Source of the DNA: Candidatus Saccharimonadota bacterium
GTDB taxonomy: Bacteria > Pseudomonadota > Gammaproteobacteria > Enterobacterales > Enterobacteriaceae
DNA: 32,000 nt
Direction of reading: 5' to 3'
Assembly: GCF_014857065.1 (NCBI RefSeq)
Contig: NZ_CP046533.1
Location: forward strand, 1 to 32,000
The notes under the pieces are model-generated. The model was given only the letters and a program-made list of their open reading frames with translations. It searched no databases and was not told the DNA's origin. Each line of letters opens with the position of its first letter. Within the stretch, counting starts at the first letter, position 1. Below, piece by piece: positions 11,896 to 22,150 of this stretch. Made by a program: the position numbers and the translations under genes.

Positions 11896-13752
11896 TTATA
11901 TTTGATAAGAAGAAAAACAAATTGTATAATTATCGTACGGATTGTTTTTTCTTATTTCTGAATCGTAATTAGTAAATGGAAATAAGAAATTTGTCTGGTT
12001 TGCATTTATTGAATAAAGAAATTTTAAAAAATTAAATATTTTTCTACTTAAAGATCCATCTACTTGTGCTAACATTATATCGAATAGATTGGATTCTTCT
12101 AAATACCAAGTTAATTTATATTCTTTTATGTTAGCTAATTCAGCTGCTTTAATTACAGCATCATCAAAATCACCTAAATTATCTACCAAACCTTTTTCAA
12201 TTGCATCAGTACCGATCCAAACTCGGCCTTGAGCAATTTGATCTATTTCTTGTGGGGATTTATGTCGAAATTTTGCTACAGTATCAATGAAATTTTCATA
12301 ACTTTTATTTATGCAAAGTTGCACCATTTTTATATATTCATGAGGTAGTTTTCTGCTTATGGATACATCAGCTAATGGTGAGGTAAATATTCCATCAGTA
12401 TGTATTCCAGCATCATCAAGTAAGTTTTCAAATGTGCTAATAATACCGAATGTACCAATAGATCCAGTTAGAGTACTGCTGCTAGCGATGATTGCATTTG
12501 CTGGTGTGGATATCCAATATCCTCCTGACGCCGCTATACCTCCCATAGATACTATTATTGGCTTGCCTGATTTCTTTGCGAGTAATAATTCTTCACTAAT
12601 TAATTCAGCTGCATGAACACTACCTCCAGGACTATTTATACGGAAAATAATAGCTTTTATTTCGTTGTTTAATCTTGCGTCACGAATTTTGTTTATGATA
12701 TTGTCGCTATTTACTGTTCCTGCTAAATTAGATTCGTCTATTATAGTACCGTTTGCAAATATCACTGCAATTTTATCTTTTTTCTGTTGCGGAGAAGGAA
12801 TCTGATAATCATAGATACTTACATTATTAAATGAATTATTTTTTTTATCAAAACCAAAATTTTTGATCATTGTTTTTTCGATAACTTCATTAGATGCTAT
12901 TTCATCGATTAGTTTATTCTTTAATGCATACAATGCAGTATCACCATGCATATTTTGTAGTTGGCTTAATATTATTTTAATATTTGGAAATAATTGTTGT
13001 TTTGTAATTTTTCTATTATCAGCAACAATTGTAAGATAATTTTGCCATAATTTTTCTACCCAGCACGTTTCTGCAAATCTTGCCTCATCAGACATATTGT
13101 TTCGTAGAAAAGGCTCCACCGCTGACTTATATGTTCCAACTCGAAAAATATGAATATTTATTTTAAGTTTATCAAGTAATTCTTTATAGTAAAATTTGTT
13201 GGTAGAAATACCATGCAAATCAACTGCTCCATGAGGGGAAAGATAGATCTTGTTAGCGTAGCTTGCAAGAAAATATTGTGATTGAGTGTAGTGATCGCCA
13301 ATAGCATAAATTGGTTTACCATGATTACGAAATTCATGTAAAACTTTCCCGATATATTGTAAAGATGCTTGATCTGTTCCTCTGAAATTTTTTAGAGATA
13401 AAATTAAACCAGTAATATTTGGGTCATTTTTAGCATGACGTATGGCGATAATTAAATCGAATAATGAATTTTCTTGTATTTTATTTTTAGGTATGCCTAT
13501 TAATTCACGACCAATCTGGTTGAATTTGTTATTAACTGTTACTTTATCTACAATTATTCCTGTTAAGTCTATGATTAAAGCGCCACTTTTTGTTGTGTGT
13601 TTTATAGTAGACTGACGCATACACAAGTAAATACTTATTGTTGTTATAATAATTAATAAAAAAATTAGATTCATGATTAATTCGCGAATAAATGTTAGTA
13701 TACACCAACTTTGTGAGCATAAATTATAAATAATTTTCCATATCTTTTTCAT
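11896..13752 (-). CDS. sppA: signal peptide peptidase SppA (protease IV)
   Basis: Collinear with E. coli SppA: FRVGTYKSAVEPF, NSPGGSV, SMGGIAASGGYWISTPAN, TLTGSIGTFG. The start is set to the ATG at 13752 (MKKIWKII...FIRELIMNLIF versus E. coli MRTLWRFI...FVREMVLNLFF). The ORF track extends to 13785. Confidence 0.93.
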   Translation of the reverse strand: MKKIWKIIYNLCSQSWCILTFIRELIMNLIFLLIIITTISIYLCMRQSTIKHTTKSGALIIDLTGIIVDKVTVNNKFNQIGRELIGIPKNKIQENSLFDLIIAIRHAKNDPNITGLILSLKNFRGTDQASLQYIGKVLHEFRNHGKPIYAIGDHYTQSQYFLASYANKIYLSPHGAVDLHGISTNKFYYKELLDKLKINIHIFRVGTYKSAVEPFLRNNMSDEARFAETCWVEKLWQNYLTIVADNRKITKQQLFPNIKIILSQLQNMHGDTALYALKNKLIDEIASNEVIEKTMIKNFGFDKKNNSFNNVSIYDYQIPSPQQKKDKIAVIFANGTIIDESNLAGTVNSDNIINKIRDARLNNEIKAIIFRINSPGGSVHAAELISEELLLAKKSGKPIIVSMGGIAASGGYWISTPANAIIASSSTLTGSIGTFGIISTFENLLDDAGIHTDGIFTSPLADVSISRKLPHEYIKMVQLCINKSYENFIDTVAKFRHKSPQEIDQIAQGRVWIGTDAIEKGLVDNLGDFDDAVIKAAELANIKEYKLTWYLEESNLFDIMLAQVDGSLSRKIFNFLKFLYSINANQTNFLFPFTNYDSEIRKNNPYDNYTICFSSYQI

Positions 13753-13989
13753 GTTTTTCCAAAAAGTTAGACATAGAGCCATCAAAATGAATACATGTAT
13801 TTTGAATAAGGTATAAATGATAATTTGTTATACAGGACTTATTTTATCATTTTCTTATGTAAATATATAATAAATTTAGCCAGGTAAATTCGATTATTGT
13901 AAGCTTATACGCAAATATCTGCTGAAGATTAAAGATATTCAAATGATTTACCTAAAATTTTATCATTATTTTATAATTTGAAGTCCTGT

Positions 13990-14790
13990 TTATAAAAAGA
14001 AATCTGCCCATATGGGAGCATGATCTGAAGATTTTTCCATAGCTCTAATTTCGTAATTAATGCCGGTATCTTTGGTGAAAGATATTAAGGGATGCGAAGC
14101 TAATAATAGATCAATACGCAATCCTTTATTTTTATTGAATCCGCGTGATCTGTAATCAAACCATGAATAACGATCGTTTATTTGTGGGTACATATAACGA
14201 TATACATCAGTTAATCCAAAACTTAATAAATTATTTATCCACTCTCTTTCTTCTGGTAAAAATGAACACTTCCCCGTTATTAACCACTTATTATAATTTT
14301 TTTTTCCAATACCAATATCTAAATTACATGGACTTATATTCATATCTCCCACTATTAATAATAATGAATTTTTGTTATAATGATATTTTATATATTCCAT
14401 CATGTTTTTGTAAAATTGTTGTTTTTCTGTAAATTTGATCAAGTTGTTACGATTTTCCCCTTGAGGAAAATATCCATTAATTACAGTTAATAAACCACTA
14501 GGAGTTGAAAAGTTTGCCTTAATAGTACGTTTTTGATTATGACTATGTATAATCCCTTGTTGTATAGATATTGGCTTTTGTTGAGATAGTAAAGCCACGC
14601 CATAATGATTCTTTTGTCCATATTGATATGTCTGATATCCATAGCGTCTAATCTTCAGAATAGGGAATATATCATCTTGAATTTTGGTTTCTTGTAAAGC
14701 TATAATATTTGGTTGTAATCGGGTTATTATTTCTTCAAGTTGATGAAAGTGAGCTCGTAATCCGTTTATATTAAAAGAAACAATTCGCAT
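13990..14790 (-). CDS. xthA: exodeoxyribonuclease III
   Basis: 266-aa ORF. MRIVSFNINGLRA, ALQETK, VINGYFPQGE, GDMNISP, GKCSFLPEEREW and SDHAPIWA match E. coli XthA. Confidence 0.95.
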   Translation of the reverse strand: MRIVSFNINGLRAHFHQLEEIITRLQPNIIALQETKIQDDIFPILKIRRYGYQTYQYGQKNHYGVALLSQQKPISIQQGIIHSHNQKRTIKANFSTPSGLLTVINGYFPQGENRNNLIKFTEKQQFYKNMMEYIKYHYNKNSLLLIVGDMNISPCNLDIGIGKKNYNKWLITGKCSFLPEEREWINNLLSFGLTDVYRYMYPQINDRYSWFDYRSRGFNKNKGLRIDLLLASHPLISFTKDTGINYEIRAMEKSSDHAPIWADFFL

Positions 14791-15113
14791 ATTGATATTT
14801 TAGTAATTAATATTCTATCTTAGGCTAAGATATACCTAAATTAAGATATAATCCACTATTATTATTGTAATTATATTTAGATAATGTGTGTATTAGATTT
14901 TATGGTATCTGAAGTTTATTTGATTTATTAATTTATTTTTATTTTATATTTATTGATTTTAATATATGGTGTGGTTTTGGAAGATTTAATAAACACTTTA
15001 GTTCTTTGATATGGTTTTAATGTCTTAAGATAAATTAGACTTCAATTATATTGGTCAATTTTTTATTTTTAACATTGATATAATATTGTTTATGTTTAAT
15101 TTTTCTAATATTT

Positions 15114-16020
15114 ATGTTTGTAAAAACAAGAAAATTGTTATTTTAGTCATGATGTTAGGATTATAGGTATCTTGAATAAATTTCTTGTTAATTCAATCGG
15201 TGATTGTTTATTTTTTTTGTTCATAATTTGTTTTCCTTATATAAATATGTTAAATTACTCGCTTATTTTTTTACAAGATTCCATTTAAAATTATTTCTTA
15301 ATTAGAAAAGTTATTTCAATTATATAAATGCTAGTTCATGTAATCTTTACTTAATTTAAGTATATTTATATTTGCTAAATTTGTTATTTTTACAGGTATT
15401 AAATAATATATCGTTTGAAGATTAAGGTGATGTTTTGATTGTTTTTCTTTATCGTCTGATAATCCTTTTTAATTATTTTATTAGATATAATTATTCATGA
15501 TTTTATCGTGATTATCACATTGTTAATTTTTTAGTGTATTGAGATGTTTTTTAGAAACTGATTGTGATTATTTTTTATGAAATGAATAAAAGGCGTTTTA
15601 GATTATGATAAAACGATATAGTAGTTTGTTTGTTCAAGGGAATGCATTCAAATCCTTGATCTATCGAATGGTATTTCCAGATAACTTAAGTAATAAAACT
15701 AATTATTTTGAAGAAGTCTCATTTAATCTATTTAGTAATAGGTTATTTTGTTTTAGTTTACATTTTAATGTATTTGCATTTTTCTTTAAGATTTATAAAA
15801 AATCTTATTTTGTATTGATAACTGAACGAATCTTAAGAATGTATTATTTAAAAAATTTAAATTATGATTATAGTAGTATATTGTATTTAATTTAAATATT
15901 TTTTGGTTACGATTTGCATTATAATAAATATGTTAAAGGTTTTGACATTTTGATTGCATGTGTTTTCTATGATAATTTTAATTGATTCGATATTTTAACG
16001 TTTTTGTATGTTGATTTATG
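15114..16020 (+). pseudogene. galU: probable decayed UTP-glucose-1-phosphate uridylyltransferase gene (galU relic); boundaries approximate
   Basis: Translation from 15122 gives KNKKIVILVMMLG (E. coli GalU KVKKAVIPVAGLG), followed by stops. LLIQSVIV (about 15190) compares with PLIQYVV, and FVQGNAFKSL (about 15630) with VRQGLAKGLG. The relic is convergent with hns, exactly where galU sits in E. coli. There are many in-frame stops and frame changes. The similarity is patchy. Confidence 0.5.
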
Positions 16021-16181
16021 TATAGATTTTTATAATAGGCTTACTTCGCTAATCTCGTAAAGTATACTAACAATTTAAGTTTGTTTACGTATAATAATTG
16101 ATTATATAGTGAATATATTTATTAAATTTTATGCGAGAATACTTTATATAAAATGAATTGTGAATTTAAATAGATTAACGA

Positions 16182-16221
16182 AAGCATTAAGCCTATTGTA
16201 AAATAAATAGGCTTAATGCTT
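16182..16221 (-). terminator. hairpin immediately downstream of hns (intrinsic terminator candidate)
   Basis: AAGCATTAAGCCTATT (16182-16197) is the perfect reverse complement of 16206-16221, with an 8-nt loop. It begins 15 nt after the hns stop. The flanks are T-rich on both strands. Confidence 0.55.
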
Positions 16222-16236
16222 ATTTTAGTCTTGATT

Positions 16237-16644
16237 TTATAATAAGAAATCTTCTAATTTTTTTTCTCCTTTGTCTATTGCTTTTTTTATTGTTTTTGGC
16301 GTCCGTCCTTGTCCTGTCCAAGTTTTAATTTCTCCATTTTCATTAATGTATTTATATTTAGCTGGTCTTATTGCTCTTTTAATTTTGTTTGAGAGTTTTA
16401 TTGTATTCATAGATTGTAGTAGTTCGTTAGGATCGATACCATCTGCAATTAACATTTCTCGATATTGTTGTAATTTACGAGAATGTTCTTTAATTTCTTC
16501 TTGTATTTGACTATCTTCTTCTCTTCGTTCATTAACTACTGCTTCTAATTTTTCTAACATTTCTTCTAGAGTTTCAAGAGTACATTCTCTAGCTTGTGCT
16601 CGCAAAGTGCGTATATTATTAAGAATTTTTAGGGCTTCACTCAT
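16237..16644 (-). CDS. hns: nucleoid-associated DNA-binding protein H-NS
   Basis: 135-aa [37 protein letters not shown] and the DNA-binding loop TWTGQGRTP are essentially identical to E. coli H-NS. Confidence 0.96.
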   Translation of the reverse strand: MSEALKILNNIRTLRAQARECTLETLEEMLEKLEAVVNERREEDSQIQEEIKEHSRKLQQYREMLIADGIDPNELLQSMNTIKLSNKIKRAIRPAKYKYINENGEIKTWTGQGRTPKTIKKAIDKGEKKLEDFLL

Positions 16645-16689
16645 TGATTTAATCTCTAATATTATTATATATAAAACAATTATTCAACA

Positions 16690-16718
16690 AGGATAGAGTG
16701 CTGTTTTATTTTCTGCAA
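16690..16718 (-). promoter_or_regulatory. candidate sigma-70 promoter for hns
   Basis: On the minus strand, TTGCAG (16718-16713), a 17-nt spacer, then TATCCT (16695-16690), about 45 nt upstream of the hns ATG. This is pattern-only evidence. Confidence 0.3.
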
Positions 16719-17171
16719 TACCTGAAAGAATATTATATTAAAATATTATTTTAAATTTAATATAATATATAATTTATATTAAAATAAATATTCTGAAATT
16801 TTATTCAAGTTGAGATACTTTAGTTTCTATAAGATATTTTTGTGTTAAAGTGTTTATTTTATAAAAGAATAATATTTGATGGCAATAAGATTACTAAATT
16901 TATTAAAATACATTAAAATATTTTGAGGTATTAATTGTAAGTTAATTAATTAATTTCTTGAGGATTTATGCTTAATTGTGTATTAATTATTTATATTTCA
17001 ATTTGGAATAAAATATAATAGGATGTTGAATAGTTATTGGTTGTAATTTATATATTAAATGCTGGTTGTTATATTTATTAAATTATGAATATAAATTTTT
17101 AATTGTGGTGTGTTTATTTTTTTTGAGTAGTTATCATATAAATAAACGTTAATATGATAATTTTGTATGGT

Positions 17172-17750
17172 ATGGCTAAGTTATATTTTTATTATTCCGC
17201 TATGAATGCGGGTAAGACTACAGCTTTGTTACAGTCTGCTTATAATTATCAAGAAAAAGGTATGCATGCATTAGTATATACTGCTTCAATGGATGATAGG
17301 TTTTCCCGTGGTCAAATATGGTCGAGAATAGGTATATCCGCTCCTGCTAAAATTTTTAATCGTCATACTAACTTATTCACTTCTGTAATGAATATACATC
17401 ATAAAAAGATGGTACATTGTATTTTAATTGATGAATGTCATTTTCTCCATCGTAAACAGGTCATGGAATTGACTGAAATAGTTGATATATTGAATATACC
17501 AGTATTATGTTATGGATTACGAACAGATTTTCGTGCTAAATTGTTTTCTGGTAGTTTATGGTTATTGGCTTGGGCAGATAAATTAATTGAATTAAAAACT
17601 ATATGTCATTGTGGACATCAAGCTAATAGAGTTCTTCGTATTGATAATTTAGGTAATGTGATATTTGATGGAAAGCAAATATTGATTGGTGGTAATGATT
17701 GTTATGTTTCAGTATGTCGTAAACATTTTATGGAAAAATTAAAGAAGTAA
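17172..17750 (+). CDS. tdk: thymidine kinase
   Basis: [30 protein letters not shown] compares with E. coli [43 protein letters not shown] and YVSVCRKH are also conserved. It is divergent from hns, as in E. coli. The start is taken at the ATG at 17172; the ORF track has 17154. Confidence 0.94.
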   Translation: MAKLYFYYSAMNAGKTTALLQSAYNYQEKGMHALVYTASMDDRFSRGQIWSRIGISAPAKIFNRHTNLFTSVMNIHHKKMVHCILIDECHFLHRKQVMELTEIVDILNIPVLCYGLRTDFRAKLFSGSLWLLAWADKLIELKTICHCGHQANRVLRIDNLGNVIFDGKQILIGGNDCYVSVCRKHFMEKLKK

Positions 17751-17760
17751 TATATTTTGT

Positions 17761-17794
17761 ACTTAAATGTGTTAATACATTAACATATTTAAGT
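17761..17794 (+). terminator. AT-rich hairpin downstream of tdk (intrinsic terminator candidate)
   Basis: 17761-17776 pairs with 17779-17794: 16 bp with one G-U pair. It starts 11 nt after the tdk stop and is followed by ATTTTAAAAT. Confidence 0.45.
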
Positions 17795-18075
17795 ATTTTA
17801 AAATAATTTATATCGGGCAGTTTAAGTATTGAACCATTATTTAATTTTAAATATGTATTTATTCAGAATTTTAATAGTCAATTTAATCAAATTTTAGATA
17901 CGGTTATAAATTGGTGGTAATCATTTGTTTTAGTAATTATTTAATTTAATTACAGTTTCAATTATGGCATGCAACTAATTTTAAGTAATAAATTTTTGTT
18001 TATAGTTATTCAAATTCGTTTTTGTAATTAAATACTAAAATAAAAGTATAAAATAGTGTTATTTTTAATTTTTAT

Positions 18076-19536
18076 TTATAATAAAGGACTAAAGAAATAG
18101 AAGATTTTTTCAATAATGCGTTGCCAGTAAGGACGGTGGGGCCATTTTTGGCAATCAATAAGAATTGATTGCGATATATAATCTTTTTGTATTTTTGATA
18201 AAACAGCACCAAAATTAGCATCATCTATTGCTAAAGTAATTTCAAAATTTATCCATAAGCTACGAATATCTAAATTAACAGTACCTACTAAGCTTAATTG
18301 TTCATCTATTAAAATGCTTTTAGTATGTAATAGGCCTTCTTTAAATTGGTGTATAAAGACTCCTGCGTCTAATAATTCATCGAAAAATGATCTGCTAGCC
18401 CAATTTACCAGTATGGAATCATTGTTAAGAGGTATAATGAGATGGACTTTGATTCCTCTTTGGGCTGCTGCACAAATAGCATGTAAAAGATCATCATCAG
18501 GTACTAGATAGGGGGTTGTAATTACAATTTCTTTTTTAGCAGCATATAAAGAAGTAAGTAATGCTTGCTGAATCATTCCTTTCGGGAAACCAGGCCCTGA
18601 GGCAATAACTTGAATAGTATGTTTTGCAATATATTTTGATGAAAATGAATTTGTTTTTGATGGTAATGGGGGAAGGATATGTTCTCCTGTCTCTATTTTC
18701 CAATCATAAGAAAAAATAATTCCCATAACTGGAGTCACTGGGCCTTCTATACGTACCATTATATCAATCCATTGTCCTACATTTATACTTTTTTTTAAAA
18801 ATAGTGGATCAATCATGTTCATACTTCCTATATATGATATATTATTATCAATTAGTATCATTTTTCTATGTTGTCTAAGATCCATGCGACGTAGAAAGAT
18901 GCGCAATGGATTAACATGTAATGCTTCTACGATACGAATTCCAGCTGCTTCCATAATTTTTGGATATTGACTGCGAAAAAAATGGAGACTACCAGCAGAA
19001 TCTAACATTAATCTGCAGCGTATTCCGCGTTTTGATGCTGCTATTAGTGCTAATATCACTTGGTTTACTAACCCTCCTGGTTGCCATATATAGAACACCA
19101 TGTCTATGGTTTTTTGTGCTGATTTGATATCTTGTATTAATTTTATTAGAGTTTTATCCGTTTTATTAAATAATTTTATTTGTTTTCCTCTTAATCCTTT
19201 TATTCCTTGTCTATGTGTGCATAATTGAAATAAAGATTGTGATACTTCACTATAATCGTTGGAAAAAAGATATTTGTTATTTTTAAGTTTGTTAATCCAA
19301 GTTGCCGTTATAGGGGATATTATTTTACTTCTCTTTATGCGACGTTTTCCTATATTTAGTTCACCGAACAGTAAATAGATAGTAATACCAGCTATTGGTA
19401 AAATATAAATCATTAGTAACCATGATATAGCAGAGGTTACAGTACGACGTATCATTAATATTCTTAAAGCAATGCTAATTATTAATAGCCAGTAGCTAAA
19501 TGATATGACCCAACTTATCATGTAACAAATTATCAC
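18076..19536 (-). CDS. clsA: cardiolipin synthase A
   Basis: 486-aa ORF, the same length as E. coli ClsA and collinear with it. Both HKD regions are recognisable ([11 protein letters not shown] and [22 protein letters not shown]), and the C-terminus FYFFSPLL is identical. Confidence 0.96.
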   Translation of the reverse strand: MIICYMISWVISFSYWLLIISIALRILMIRRTVTSAISWLLMIYILPIAGITIYLLFGELNIGKRRIKRSKIISPITATWINKLKNNKYLFSNDYSEVSQSLFQLCTHRQGIKGLRGKQIKLFNKTDKTLIKLIQDIKSAQKTIDMVFYIWQPGGLVNQVILALIAASKRGIRCRLMLDSAGSLHFFRSQYPKIMEAAGIRIVEALHVNPLRIFLRRMDLRQHRKMILIDNNISYIGSMNMIDPLFLKKSINVGQWIDIMVRIEGPVTPVMGIIFSYDWKIETGEHILPPLPSKTNSFSSKYIAKHTIQVIASGPGFPKGMIQQALLTSLYAAKKEIVITTPYLVPDDDLLHAICAAAQRGIKVHLIIPLNNDSILVNWASRSFFDELLDAGVFIHQFKEGLLHTKSILIDEQLSLVGTVNLDIRSLWINFEITLAIDDANFGAVLSKIQKDYISQSILIDCQKWPHRPYWQRIIEKIFYFFSPLL

Positions 19537-20098
19537 TATGTTAATGTTGCGGTTTATTTCGGTGTATCATTTAATTTTTATTTAAGTAGAATGTTTTTAA
19601 ATCATGTTTAATTATACTGTTTTTGCATATTTAATAGTATTTATTTTTTTATTATGTGTATTAGCATATTTAATATACTTTTAAAATTTAATATTGATGT
19701 TGAGTTTATTATGTATCGATATTAAATTTAGAAAATTAATACTTACTTGATTGTGAGATGGAAGCATTACAGGAAATACAGGATAGTAATTTAAGTAATT
19801 TTTAAATATTTATTTATAATTAATATGTTCTTTTATTATCTTATTGATATATTGATTATTTCATTTAATTTGCGAAGATGTTGAATAGTAAATTTTTTCT
19901 TCAAATTTATTGTATAAAAATTTTATTGAAAAGTTGAAATTAATTTTTATTGTAATTATTATGCTTGCTTATTTATTAGTCATTTAGTTATAAATTGAAA
20001 TGTCATAATTCTAATTTATGATACGATAAGTTGATATTTGGGAATTATTGTGGGATTTGGAATTTAATAATTTTGGTTTTAAAATGTAATATTTTCTA

Positions 20099-20917
20099 TC
20101 ATTTATTAAGATATGTAGCAAGTTTCATTTTTTTTACAAATTGTGTTATATGTGTTATTAATTGAACTGAATTGTGTAGGTTTTGTTCGATGATTTTAAT
20201 GATGGCTGACCCGGAAATGACACCTGAAATTTTTGGGTTTTGTAGTATTTTGCGTACTTGTTCTGGATGAGATATACCAAATCCTTGTAATATTGGTATG
20301 TCGTTTTGTTGTTTTTTTAATCTTTTTATTATTTCTGTTAAGGAAACAGAATTGGTATTTGTTATCCCAGTTACACCAGAACGTGACAGTAAATATATAT
20401 AAGCCTGACTGAATTTGGATATTTTTTTTAACAAGTTTTCATTTGCGTTAGGAGGGCAAATAAAAACTTGTTTTATGTTATTTTTTATGGCTGCTTCATA
20501 AAACTCGGAGCTTTCTTCTAGAGGAAGATCAGCTATTAAAATTGAGTCTATTCCAACAGATATACAACGTGAATAAAATGTATTAATATTGTTTTTAAAT
20601 ACTAAATTTGCATATGTTAATATGCCGATAGGTATTTTAGGGTATTTTTGTCTAATTTTAGATACCAGGTTAAAGCATTCATTGAGTGTAATTCCTATCA
20701 AAAGAGTACGTTGCATAGATTTCTGTATTATAGGTCCATCTGCTAATGGATCAGAGAATGGAATACCTAATTCTAATGCATCAGCACCGGCTTCAATAAT
20801 TGAGTTTATAATGTCCAAAAATAAATTAGGATTAGGGTCTCCTATAGTTAAAAATGGTACAAATGCTTTTTCATTACATTTCGATAGATTGCTAAACATT
20901 TTTTGGTATCTATTCAT
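20099..20917 (-). CDS. trpA: tryptophan synthase alpha chain
   Basis: 272-aa [36 protein letters not shown] and LQGFGIS match E. coli TrpA. The start overlaps the trpB stop by 4 nt. Confidence 0.96.
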   Translation of the reverse strand: MNRYQKMFSNLSKCNEKAFVPFLTIGDPNPNLFLDIINSIIEAGADALELGIPFSDPLADGPIIQKSMQRTLLIGITLNECFNLVSKIRQKYPKIPIGILTYANLVFKNNINTFYSRCISVGIDSILIADLPLEESSEFYEAAIKNNIKQVFICPPNANENLLKKISKFSQAYIYLLSRSGVTGITNTNSVSLTEIIKRLKKQQNDIPILQGFGISHPEQVRKILQNPKISGVISGSAIIKIIEQNLHNSVQLITHITQFVKKMKLATYLNK

Positions 20918-22107
20918 TTTATTTGTTCTTTCATTTTTAAAGCTTTATGCACAACATCCAAGTCTTTATCTCCTCGTCCAGATAAATTTACTATTAATAT
21001 TTGTTTTTTTTTAGGTTGTTTAATTATTTTTTTTAAAGCATACGCAATAGCGTGAGAAGATTCTAGAGCAGGAATAATACCTTCTTGATGAGATAGTTGT
21101 TTGAATGCATCTAATGCTTCTTCATCTGAAATAGATACATACTTAGCTCGACCTATGCTATTTAGATAAACATGTTGAGGTCCTACTGCAGGAAAATCAA
21201 GACCAGCCGATATAGAACATGATTCTCTTATTTGTCCTTCTTTTGATTGTAATATAGATGATTTCATGCCAAAAAAAATACCAGGATGACCATAATTAAT
21301 TGCTGCACTATGTTTGCCCGATTTTATATCTGTACCTCCAGCTTCCACTCCTATTAATTTAACTTTTAGTTCATCAAGAAAATTTGCAAATATGCCTATA
21401 GCATTAGATCCCCCTCCTACGCAAGCAATTATTGAATCTGGTAGTTTATTTTCATATTTTTTTATTTGTTTATATGCTTCACGCCCAATAATACTTTGAA
21501 ATTCTCGTACAATGGTTGGAAAAGGATGTGGCCCTGCAGCAGTGCCTAATACATAATGAGCGTGTTCGTAATTGGTGGACCAATCTCGTAATGCTTCGTT
21601 GCAAGCATCTTTTAGGCTTCCTGATCCATTATGTACAGGGATCACCTGAGACCCCATTAGTTGCATACGAAAAACATTCATTTTTTGACGTTCCATATCT
21701 TTAATTCCCATATAAATACGGCATTTTAATTTTAAAAGTGACGCGACCATAGCACATGCTACTCCATGTTGTCCAGCTCCAGTTTCAGCTATAATTTCGG
21801 CCTTATTCATACGTTTTGTTAACAATCCTTGCCCTATAACTTGATTAATTTTGTGTGCACCGCCATGTAATAGATCTTCGCGTTTTAAATATAATTTAGT
21901 ATTAGTTCCATTAGTTATATTGCGACATAAACTTAGAGGTGTTGGCCGTCCAGCATATTCAAATAAAAGATTATTAAATTCCTTTTGGAAGGTAGAATCT
22001 TGACTGATATTAATAAAAGCATCTTCTAGTTGTAGTAGAGCTGGGATGAGAATTTGAGGGACATACATTCCGCCAAATTGACCGAAATATGAATTTAGTT
22101 GTGTCAT
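20914..22107 (-). CDS. trpB: tryptophan synthase beta chain
   Basis: 397-aa [32 protein letters not shown] (PLP lysine region) and GGGSNAIG match E. coli TrpB. Confidence 0.97.
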   Translation of the reverse strand: MTQLNSYFGQFGGMYVPQILIPALLQLEDAFINISQDSTFQKEFNNLLFEYAGRPTPLSLCRNITNGTNTKLYLKREDLLHGGAHKINQVIGQGLLTKRMNKAEIIAETGAGQHGVACAMVASLLKLKCRIYMGIKDMERQKMNVFRMQLMGSQVIPVHNGSGSLKDACNEALRDWSTNYEHAHYVLGTAAGPHPFPTIVREFQSIIGREAYKQIKKYENKLPDSIIACVGGGSNAIGIFANFLDELKVKLIGVEAGGTDIKSGKHSAAINYGHPGIFFGMKSSILQSKEGQIRESCSISAGLDFPAVGPQHVYLNSIGRAKYVSISDEEALDAFKQLSHQEGIIPALESSHAIAYALKKIIKQPKKKQILIVNLSGRGDKDLDVVHKALKMKEQIK

Positions 22108-22150
22108 TTTATTATATTTTTAAAAAAGTTTTATTACTAAAAAATAAAAA

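Noticed and set aside
15605-15895. 96-aa ORF as a stand-alone gene.
   Set aside because: It lies inside the putative galU relic, and its N-terminal part carries the VQGNAFKSL match to GalU. The remainder is low-complexity.
20589-21014. 141-aa plus-strand ORF, and similar plus- or minus-strand ORFs at 2503-2862, 5557-5760, 10090-10290, 10735-10920, 12359-12616, 14145-14432, 16271-16510, 18314-18511, 21314-21499, 21516-21704 and 23578-23937.
   Set aside because: All are nested within strongly supported genes (trpA/trpB, manX, pabB, dsbB, gapA, sppA, xthA, hns, cls, trpB, trpD), either antisense or in another frame (10090-10290 is same-strand within dsbB). They have no Shine-Dalgarno sequences and no recognisable motifs.
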